NCBI GenBank assembly: GCA_009692555.1
Contig: SHYY01000001.1
Location: forward strand, 27,393-91,392
Reading direction: 5' to 3'
From: Myxococcales bacterium
GTDB lineage: Bacteria; Myxococcota_A; Polyangia; Palsa-1104; SHYY01
Length of the DNA: 64,000 nucleotides
The notes under the pieces are model-generated. The model worked only from the letters and a program-made list of their open reading frames with translations, was not told the DNA's origin and did not search any database. The position numbers were made by a program, and so were the translations under genes. Position 1 is the stretch's first letter, and the number at the start of each line of letters is the position of its first letter. Shown piece after piece: positions 25,918 to 33,512 of the stretch.

Positions 25918-26031
25918 CGCGCGATCTCCCGGCCCGATTCTGCACCCCCGGGGTCCGCACACGAAACTACTTCGTCGCGCCCCGCCATCGGTGCGGGTAA
26001 ACTGGTCGAAACGTTAGCCTCTGGAGCTTCG

Positions 26032-27108
26032 ATGCCCATGCGCACCTGCCACCTTGCGATCGTCTTCTGCGGGCTCTTCGCGGCGTGCGACAACGGGGGC
26101 CTCGGCACCGGCACCACCGACGGTGCCATACCGTCCGACCTGGCCGTCGCCGCCGCCGAAGATCTCCCGCCGCCACCCGATCTCGCGCCCGCGCCCGACT
26201 TGACGCCGCCGTCCTCGATCGGCCAGGCCTGCCCCGTCGGCAACGAGTGCCCGATGGGGATGGTCTGCCTTGACGAGACCTTCAACCCCCTGTTCGCCCC
26301 CACCGGCTACTGCACCAAGAGCTGCGCCGCCGACGCCGACTGCGGCGGTGGCGCGTTTTGCTCGCCCAGCCTCGGTGGCGGGCCGCGCTTCTGCCTGCTC
26401 GCCTGCGGCCCCGGCGACGCCTGCCCCGTCGGCCGCGTCTGCACCAAACGCCTCGCCGGCTTCATCCCGCTCCCGAGGCCGGCCTGCCTGAACGGCAACG
26501 CGATGGCCAAGGACGGCAGCGCCTGCACGACCTACGGCGACTGCAACAAGAATCAGGGCTGCCTGAGCAATCCCTTCAGCCTCCCCGGCGGGTTGTGCGT
26601 CACCTTTGGCTGCACCGTCGGCAACAACGCCACCTGCCTCGCCGGCGGCGACGGCGTGTGCATCCAGGCCGACCAGGAGACGCTGTGCATCGACGGCTGC
26701 AACCTCACCGCCGACTGCCGCGTCAACGAGGGCTACACCTGCACCCCCTTCCCGAACCTCCTGATCAAGGCCTGCCTCTTCCCCAACGCCGGCGCGGGCA
26801 CCGCCTGCAAGAGCGACGTCGACTGCGGTCCGAAGGGCTCCCTCTGGCGCTGCCTGACCGGCGATGCGAAAAACTTCCCCGGCGGCTACTGCGGCGCCGC
26901 GAAGGGCAGCTGCGACCCGAAGAACGAGAGCGCCTGCCCCTTCGACAGCCTCTGCTACGATCCCACGCCCGCGATGCCGAAGAGCGGTGACGACTTCTGC
27001 GCGCGCACCTGCGGTAGCGATAACGACTGCCGCAAGGCCGAGGGCTACAAGTGCCTGCTCGTCGATCCGAAGAACGCGATGAGCCCCAAGACCTGCCGGA
27101 TGCCCTGA
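26032..27108 (+). CDS. Secreted cysteine-rich lipoprotein (about 40 Cys in 358 aa)
   Basis: MPMRTCHLAIVFCGLFAACDNGG lipobox. Repeated C..x..DC....C modules (CTKSCAADADCGGGAFC, CKSDVDCGPKGSLWRC, CGSDNDCRKAEGYKC). Confidence 0.7.
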   Translation: MPMRTCHLAIVFCGLFAACDNGGLGTGTTDGAIPSDLAVAAAEDLPPPPDLAPAPDLTPPSSIGQACPVGNECPMGMVCLDETFNPLFAPTGYCTKSCAADADCGGGAFCSPSLGGGPRFCLLACGPGDACPVGRVCTKRLAGFIPLPRPACLNGNAMAKDGSACTTYGDCNKNQGCLSNPFSLPGGLCVTFGCTVGNNATCLAGGDGVCIQADQETLCIDGCNLTADCRVNEGYTCTPFPNLLIKACLFPNAGAGTACKSDVDCGPKGSLWRCLTGDAKNFPGGYCGAAKGSCDPKNESACPFDSLCYDPTPAMPKSGDDFCARTCGSDNDCRKAEGYKCLLVDPKNAMSPKTCRMP

Positions 27109-27127
27109 GCTGAGGTAGAGTCAGTCC

Positions 27128-27835
27128 ATGATTCTGGACTACCCCGCCTCCGATCAGCCCACCTCCCACGTCGTCGCGCGCGAGCTGGCAGGCCTCGCCG
27201 CCTCGGCGCTGCTCTACCCCTTCGGCCTCGGCAAGAAGACCCGGCGCACCGCGCGCAAGGCCGCGCAGAGGACGGTCGTGCTGGTCCACGGCTACCTGGC
27301 CAACCGCGCGACGCTGCTCCCGCTCTCCGGCTACCTCCGCCTGCGCGGAATCCGCCAGCTCCGCTCGTTCAACTACGAGTCCTCGCAGGGCATCGAGCGC
27401 TCCGCGATCGCCCTCCGCGAATGGCTCCAGGAGCACGTGCGCGGCGGCCGCATCGACCTCGTCTGCCACAGCATGGGCGGCCTGGTCGCGCGGGTCTATC
27501 TCCAGGAGCTCGGCGGCGCGCGCCGCGTCGATCGCTGCATCACCCTCGGGACGCCCCATCGCGGCACCTACAACGCCTACTGGGTCGCCTCGCGCGTCGG
27601 CCGCGAACTGCGCCCCGACTCCCCGCTTCTGGCGCGCCTCCAGACCTCGCGCCCCGTCGCTGCCGCGGTCCGCTTCACCTCGATCGTCGCGGGCTCGGAC
27701 AACATCGTCATCCCGCGCGTGTTCGCCGCCGACGAGGACGTGGTCCACGTCCCGCACCTCGGGCACGTCGGAATGCTCTTCTCACCGACGGTGTTTCGCG
27801 CCGTCACCGAGCGCCTCGTCGCCCCCATCGGCTGA
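27128..27835 (+). CDS. Alpha/beta-hydrolase, lipase/esterase-like
   Basis: VLVHGYLAN followed by the nucleophile elbow CHSMGG (GxSxG). Length 235 aa. Confidence 0.75.
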   Translation: MILDYPASDQPTSHVVARELAGLAASALLYPFGLGKKTRRTARKAAQRTVVLVHGYLANRATLLPLSGYLRLRGIRQLRSFNYESSQGIERSAIALREWLQEHVRGGRIDLVCHSMGGLVARVYLQELGGARRVDRCITLGTPHRGTYNAYWVASRVGRELRPDSPLLARLQTSRPVAAAVRFTSIVAGSDNIVIPRVFAADEDVVHVPHLGHVGMLFSPTVFRAVTERLVAPIG

Positions 27836-27949
27836 TCGCGCCAACCGGGCTCGGTTTCGCCCTGCCTGTACCTAAATTAATTGTAAGCGAAGAAAACACT
27901 TGATCCTTCCGAGTAACGCGTCCTATAGTGCGCTTCAGGAGGTGCCGCA

Positions 27950-29068
27950 ATGAAGAGCGCACTAATGACCGGATTTCTCTCGATGGGAGTGGCCCTGACG
28001 GGCTGCGGGCAGGTTGGTTCGGAGGGCGTCGGCAGCATTGAGGAGGAGCTGCCCGTCCCCGTTCTGTGGAAGTGCAACGCGACGTGCACGGGTGGCAAGA
28101 CCAAGGTGAAGTACATCAGCTGCTCGACCAACAACGTCGTTGCCGTCAACGATGCCCCGGGCCAGTGCAAGCTGGCCTATGGCAACGGGAGCACCGTCGT
28201 CAGGGTCAACTGCAGCATGGTGAAGCCGCTCACCCAGTGCAAGCTGCCGAGCTGCGGCGGCAACGGCGACCCGCACATGTTCACCTTCGACGGCCTGCGC
28301 TACGAGTACCAGCCGGCCGGTGAGTTCGTCCTCGCCACCGACAACGCGACCTATGCCATCCAGGCCCGCATGCAGCAGTGGGGCGGCTCGCGCGCCAGCG
28401 TCCAGACCGCGCTTTCGGTCGACGTGGGCAACGTCAAGGTGGGCATCTACGCCCGTGAGCAGCCGACCCTGCGCATCAACGGGCAGCCCGGCGTGCTCCC
28501 CTGCGCCGACGCCCCGCTGGCGAACGGCGCGCTCTGCAGCGGCCGGATGGACTTCGAGAACGGCGGCTACCTGACCTTCGATCAGAACTCCAAGAAGTTC
28601 TCGGTCTACCTGACGGACGAGGTCTCGCACCTCGATGTCTGGCTGAACAAGGACTACGTGAACAGCCAGTTCTTCGCCGGCCCGGAGATCCAGCTGAATA
28701 CGGTTGGCCTCGGCGGCAGCATCAACGGCAACCCCGCCGACGACATCACCACCCGTGACGGCGAGATCATGGTCCAGCCGGTCAAGTTCGCCGACTTCTA
28801 CGGCAACTACGCCAACAGCTGGCGGATCGACAACGCGGAGTCGCTGTTCGACTACGCGCATGGCAAGAGCACCGCGAACTACGTCGACCTGAAGTTCCCC
28901 GCGGCGACGATGAGCGCGAAGGATCTGCCCCCGGCGGATCACGACGCGGCGGTCGCGGCCTGCAAGGCGGCGGGCGTGCCCGATGGCCAGCTCGAGGAGT
29001 GCGCGCTCGACGCGGCCCTGATGGGCCCCGAGGCCGCGCTCGACTTCCTCCACTTCGGCAAGTTCTAG
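27950..29068 (+). CDS. Lipoprotein with a von Willebrand factor type D (VWD) domain
   Basis: Lipobox LTGCGQ. GDPHMFTFDGLRYEYQPAGEFVLA matches the VWD GDPHY.TFDG consensus. AT-rich upstream region and a strong terminator downstream. Confidence 0.75.
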   Translation: MKSALMTGFLSMGVALTGCGQVGSEGVGSIEEELPVPVLWKCNATCTGGKTKVKYISCSTNNVVAVNDAPGQCKLAYGNGSTVVRVNCSMVKPLTQCKLPSCGGNGDPHMFTFDGLRYEYQPAGEFVLATDNATYAIQARMQQWGGSRASVQTALSVDVGNVKVGIYAREQPTLRINGQPGVLPCADAPLANGALCSGRMDFENGGYLTFDQNSKKFSVYLTDEVSHLDVWLNKDYVNSQFFAGPEIQLNTVGLGGSINGNPADDITTRDGEIMVQPVKFADFYGNYANSWRIDNAESLFDYAHGKSTANYVDLKFPAATMSAKDLPPADHDAAVAACKAAGVPDGQLEECALDAALMGPEAALDFLHFGKF

Positions 29069-29078
29069 AGCACCTCGT

Positions 29079-29122
29079 CTTCCACCAGACCCCGGGGCGG
29101 CCCAGCCGCTCCGGGGTTTTTC
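29079..29122 (+). terminator. Rho-independent terminator of the VWD gene
   Basis: CCCCGGGGCGGC..CCA..GCCGCTCCGGGG forms a roughly 12-bp GC stem with one G-U pair, followed by TTTTTCTTTTT. Confidence 0.7.
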
Positions 29123-29124
29123 TT

Positions 29125-29290
29125 TTTGGCGCCCGCGGGGGACGTTCCCCGGCGATCGCCGCGACGCCTCGCGCTCCGCGCGCAAGGCGGGCAGCCCGTC
29201 CTCCCTCGACGAGCAAGCTCGTCGGCAATCGCCGACGTGCAGCAAGCTCGGAAAGCAACGTCGAGCCTCCCCCCAACCGCGCGCTTCCCG
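29125..29290. repeat. Copy 1 of a roughly 170-bp GC-rich interspersed repeat (modular, with short palindromes such as CGGCGATCGCCG)
   Basis: Shares GGGGGACGTTCCCCGGCGATCGCCG.GACGCCTCGCGCT.CGCGCGCAAGG..GGCAGCCCGTCC and CCTCCCCCC.ACCGCGCGC...CGCGCGAGT with 44340-44510. Its middle module matches the 39-bp unit duplicated inside the CDS at 20292-20369. Confidence 0.8.
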
Positions 29291-29317
29291 CGCGAGTTCG
29301 CGGCCACCGTCGCTGTG

Positions 29318-30595
29318 TTACTTCCCGAGAAAGATCGAGACGCTCGAGGTCGGAGCCGAAGGCAGCGTCGCCACCGCGACGTCGAGCCGCTGGTCCCGGT
29401 TGAAGTCCGCGATCACCAGCGCGCCGGGAAGGCGCTCCGACGCCACGCTGGACAGGGCGAAGCTGCCGTCGCCGCCACTGGTCAGGAGCTTGACGCGGTG
29501 CCGACCGCCCGCGGTGAAGTCGGGCACGCTGGCCACGAGATCGATCCGGCTGTCGCCACCGAAGTCGGCGGTGGCGAGCGCGTAGGGCGCTTCGCCCGTC
29601 AGGAAACCTGGAAGCGGTTTCAGCGACCCGTCCCCCTTGCCGAGCAGCACGAAGATCCCACCCACCGCGCCCACCTCGAGCGGGCGCAGCTCCGAGAGCG
29701 CCACATCCATCACCCCGTCGCCGTTCCAGTCGGCCGCCACGACGGCATTCGGCGCGCTGCCGCCGGTGGTCAATGCGGGCGCGCTGAACGTCCCGTCGCC
29801 CCGCCCGAGCAGCACCGCCACCCCGCTGCCCGGGACCGGCGTCCCGTCACGCGCCGCGCTCGCGTAGCTCCCTTCCAGCGCAACGATCACGTCGAGCTTG
29901 TCGTCGCGGTCGAGATCGGCGATCGCCAGCGCGCTCGGCGTGCGACCGATCGCGATGTGCTGCGCCGCAGCAAAGCTCCCCTTCCCGTCGCCGAGGAGGA
30001 CGCTGAGGTCGCCGCCCTCGCGCGTCGCCGCCACCAGGTCGGGCGATCCATTCCTGTCGAGATCCGCGACCGCGATCGCCGCCGGCCACAGCGCCACCGG
30101 AGAGGGCGCCGGCTTGACGAAGCTCCCATCGCCCTTGCCCAGGAGGACCAGGACATGGTCGGGCCCCGTCCCGCGGGTCGCCGCCGCCACCGCCACGTCG
30201 AGCTTCCCGTCGCGGTCGAAGTCGGCGACCGCGATCGCCTCGCAGAACACCTCGCCGAGCGGGGTCCCGATGTTCTGCACGAAGGTCCCGTCGCCCTGGC
30301 CGATCAGGAGCACCGCCCGCGCCCCGCCGATCCCCGCTCCGGTGTTGACCGCGAGATCGATCTTCCCGTCGCCGTTGAAGTCCCCGAGCGCGATCCGCGA
30401 CGCCTTGCTGATCGGGTAGACCGCGCCGCGCGCGAAGGGCGCGACGGGCTCCTCGGCCATGTCCCCGCCGGCGTCGAGCGCACCCCCGTCGCGCGCCCCG
30501 CCATCGGTCGGTGGTACGCTGCCGCAGCCGCTGGCGAAGAGTTCGGCCACCGAGACGAGAAGCGCCAGAAGTCCGGGCTGGAGGACGTGGATCAT
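29318..30595 (-). CDS. FG-GAP/VCBS-repeat lipoprotein
   Basis: MIHVLQPGLLALLVSVAELFASGCGS lipobox. Repeated DFNGDGKIDLAV, DFDRDGKLDVAVA, DLDRNGSPDLVAA, DLDRDDKLDVIVA, DWNGDGVMDVAL and DFNRDQRLDVAVA. Confidence 0.8.
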   Translation of the reverse strand: MIHVLQPGLLALLVSVAELFASGCGSVPPTDGGARDGGALDAGGDMAEEPVAPFARGAVYPISKASRIALGDFNGDGKIDLAVNTGAGIGGARAVLLIGQGDGTFVQNIGTPLGEVFCEAIAVADFDRDGKLDVAVAAATRGTGPDHVLVLLGKGDGSFVKPAPSPVALWPAAIAVADLDRNGSPDLVAATREGGDLSVLLGDGKGSFAAAQHIAIGRTPSALAIADLDRDDKLDVIVALEGSYASAARDGTPVPGSGVAVLLGRGDGTFSAPALTTGGSAPNAVVAADWNGDGVMDVALSELRPLEVGAVGGIFVLLGKGDGSLKPLPGFLTGEAPYALATADFGGDSRIDLVASVPDFTAGGRHRVKLLTSGGDGSFALSSVASERLPGALVIADFNRDQRLDVAVATLPSAPTSSVSIFLGK

Positions 30596-30734
30596 CCCCG
30601 ATTCTTGCGGCCGCGCGGGACGGTCCGTCAAGCCGTCCGGGCAGGCGCGAAAAAACTTTTATACGGACGGCCGCCATGATATCATCTTGAACCGCGTAAC
30701 TTAACGCTTTTCTTTCGTCGGGAGGTCTGCCGCG

Positions 30735-33512
30735 GTGAGCACATTTCGGGGCATCGGTCGGTGCTTCTCTCGCGTCGCCTCTCTGGTCGTCCCGGCGCTG
30801 CTCCTCTTTGGCTGCGGCGGCAGCGGTGCGCCGGAAGACATGTCGCTCCCCGGGGGCGCCGATCTCGCGGTGCCTGATCTCGCGGAGCCGCCGGACGGAG
30901 GCCGGGACGCCGCGGCCTCGATTGACTTGACCTTGTCTCCCGACCTCCTGGCGGTCGATGGGCCGCCCGTCGAGGCGGGGCCGACTCCGTGCAAGGGCAC
31001 CGCCGGCGACTGCGGTCAGCTCGGCGCCTGCGCCAGCTGCGCGAACAGCACCTTTGGCCATCAGTGCGTGAACACGGCCTGCGGCTGCCTCGCCGCCCTC
31101 GACTGCGATCCCGGCAAGGTGTGCGCGGGCGGGAAGTGCAGCGCCCAGGGCTGCGATGCCAACCGGCCGTGCAACGGGGGTTGCTGCGATAACGGGAATT
31201 GCGTCGCAGGCACCGAAAGCGGGAAGTGCGGCATCAATGGGAAGATCTGCAGCCTCTGTGGCGCCGGAACGCCCACCTGCGCCGGCGGGGTCTGCGCCTC
31301 CGCCTGCGTCGCCGGTCAGCCGGGCGCGGCGGGGGTGTGCGGCCCGGGCTTCTGCTGCGGCGCGAACGACCAGTGCACCAAGCTCAGCGACGGCACCTGC
31401 GGCCTCCAAGGGGCGATCTGCGCCGACTGCGCGCAGAGCGGCGTCGGGCCGAGGTGCGTCCCGAGTGGCGCGTGCGGCTGCGGCGGCCCGGCGGACTGTC
31501 CGAAGGGCGAGGCGTGCAAGGCCGGAGTGTGCGGCGCGGCGTGCGACGTCAACGCCGCCTGCAACGGCGGCTGCTGCTCGGGCGGGATGTGCCAGGTCGG
31601 CAACACCGCGAGCGCCTGCGCCGTCGGCGGCGCGCAGTGCGCCGTCTGCGCCAACGATCCCGCCGGCACCGCCTGCGTCACCCCGCAGAACCAGACCTTC
31701 TGCGGCTGCAAGTCGCAGGTCGACTGCCCGCCCGGACTGGCCTGCGACGCCGTCGCATCCAAATGCACCAAGAGCTGCGACGCCAATCGCCCGTGCAGCG
31801 GCGGCTGCTGCAGCGACGCGCAGAACGGCCTGTGTGTCGCCGGCACCGCCAGCGGCGCGTGCGGAGCCAACGGCGGAGTGTGCGGCGACTGCACCAAGCT
31901 GGTCCAGGGCGGAAAAGTCTGCTTTCCGACGGTGGGCGGCGGCTTCTGCGGTTGCAACAACCTCAACGAATGCGCGCCCGGCGCCAGCAGCTGCGATGTC
32001 CAGAAGCACCTCTGCGACTACGCCTGCAGCGTCAACAAGCCGTGCCTGACCGGCTGCTGCAGCGGCGTCTCGTGTGTCCTCGGACAGGCCCAGAACGCAT
32101 GCGGGAAGAGCGGCGCCTGCGTCGACTGCGCGGGGAGCGTCGGCGGCAAGGCCTGCCGTGTCACCCAGACCTGCGGCTGCGACCAGGCGGCCGACTGCCC
32201 GGCGGGCCAGGCCTGCGATCTCGTCGCCCACACCTGCACGACCAAATGCTCGGTCGCTCAGCCGTGCAACGGCGGCTGCTGCGCGAACGGCGTGTGCGCG
32301 GCCGGCAAGGACCCGAAGGCCTGCGGCGGCGTCGGCGGCCTGTGCGTCGATTGCGGCTCCTCGGTTATTGGAAAGGCCTGCCAGGGCGGCCTCTCGTGCG
32401 GCTGCACCACCAACGCGGAGTGCGATCCCTTCCAGGCGTGCGACCCGGTGAAGAAGCTGTGCACCAGCGGCTGCAATCCCAATCAGATCTGCAAGGGCGG
32501 CTGCTGCTCGAACGGCCAGTGCGTCGACGGCACCGCGAATTCGGGCTGCGGCACCGACGGCAAGGCCTGCCTCGGCTGCGCGGGCCAAAAGCCGACCTGC
32601 GAGAAGGGCGCCTGCACCGCCACGTGTGGCGCGCTGGGCAATGGCACCTGCAGTGGCGGCAACTGCTGCGCGGCCCAGAAGTGCGTCGCCGGCAACGCCA
32701 AGAGCACCTGCGGCGGATCGGGCGCCTGCCAGGACTGCACGGGGCTCTCGGTGGGCCAGAAGTGCATCGCCCCACCCAACACGCAGAACTGGACCTGCGG
32801 CTGCGACGCCAAGACCGATTGCATCGCCGCCGATCCGCTCTCCAGCCTCCCGGGCCAGGCGTGCGACACGACCAATCGCAACTGCACCAGCGTCTGCGGC
32901 GTCGGGACGGTGACGCTGTGCAACGACGGCTGCTGCCAGGGCAATCTCTGCCGCCCCGGCACCAAGGACGGCGCCTGCGGAAAGGGCGGCGGCCTCTGCA
33001 ACAGCTGCTCGAGCGCCTGCCAGCCGGGCCCCCGCTGCGACCCCGGCACCGGCCTGTGCGGCTGCTTCCGCGCGTTCTCCATCCACGGGGATCTGTCGTG
33101 CAATGCCTTCTCCTCGTGCCTCGACAACGGCGCCAATCGCTACGGTTGCAACCTGAGCACGAATGCCTGCTGCGTCCCCGGCATCAGCAGCTTCAAGGAC
33201 AACGGGAATCCCGTGAACTGTTGCACCGGCGAGTCGCAAAACGGCGTCTGCACCTGCCGACTCGCGGGCGAGAGCGCGGGAATGCCCCAGGACGAATGGA
33301 ACTGCTGCGCGCTGCTGGTCGATGCGATGGGCAACTGCTCCTGCCGGAAGACCGGCGTCAACGTGAACTTCGGCGCCGGCGTCGAGCCGCGCGCCTGCTG
33401 CTCCCTGAAGGCCGCGAACAACCTGTGCGTGGCCGCAGCGAAGAACGAGCCCTGCCAGACCAGCGACGGCTGCGCCCAGGGCCTCACCTGTCAGATGGGA
33501 AAATGCGCTTGA
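30735..33512 (+). CDS. Giant cysteine-rich repeat lipoprotein 1 (925 aa; about 10 copies of a roughly 78-aa, roughly 12-Cys module; C-terminal knottin-like module)
   Basis: GTG start with GGAGG 9 nt upstream. Lipobox LLLFGCGGS. Repeating CGC.x4.DC..G..C..G.C...GCDANRPCNGGCC.NG.C..GT..G.CG.NG..C..C module. C-terminal CQTSDGCAQGLTCQMGKCA. Confidence 0.8.
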   Translation: MSTFRGIGRCFSRVASLVVPALLLFGCGGSGAPEDMSLPGGADLAVPDLAEPPDGGRDAAASIDLTLSPDLLAVDGPPVEAGPTPCKGTAGDCGQLGACASCANSTFGHQCVNTACGCLAALDCDPGKVCAGGKCSAQGCDANRPCNGGCCDNGNCVAGTESGKCGINGKICSLCGAGTPTCAGGVCASACVAGQPGAAGVCGPGFCCGANDQCTKLSDGTCGLQGAICADCAQSGVGPRCVPSGACGCGGPADCPKGEACKAGVCGAACDVNAACNGGCCSGGMCQVGNTASACAVGGAQCAVCANDPAGTACVTPQNQTFCGCKSQVDCPPGLACDAVASKCTKSCDANRPCSGGCCSDAQNGLCVAGTASGACGANGGVCGDCTKLVQGGKVCFPTVGGGFCGCNNLNECAPGASSCDVQKHLCDYACSVNKPCLTGCCSGVSCVLGQAQNACGKSGACVDCAGSVGGKACRVTQTCGCDQAADCPAGQACDLVAHTCTTKCSVAQPCNGGCCANGVCAAGKDPKACGGVGGLCVDCGSSVIGKACQGGLSCGCTTNAECDPFQACDPVKKLCTSGCNPNQICKGGCCSNGQCVDGTANSGCGTDGKACLGCAGQKPTCEKGACTATCGALGNGTCSGGNCCAAQKCVAGNAKSTCGGSGACQDCTGLSVGQKCIAPPNTQNWTCGCDAKTDCIAADPLSSLPGQACDTTNRNCTSVCGVGTVTLCNDGCCQGNLCRPGTKDGACGKGGGLCNSCSSACQPGPRCDPGTGLCGCFRAFSIHGDLSCNAFSSCLDNGANRYGCNLSTNACCVPGISSFKDNGNPVNCCTGESQNGVCTCRLAGESAGMPQDEWNCCALLVDAMGNCSCRKTGVNVNFGAGVEPRACCSLKAANNLCVAAAKNEPCQTSDGCAQGLTCQMGKCA

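Noticed and set aside
25612-26031. N-terminal 140 codons of the ORF-track entry 25612-27108
   Set aside because: That portion is antisense to the MarR gene. The real start is the ATG at 26032, which gives a signal peptide and lipobox.
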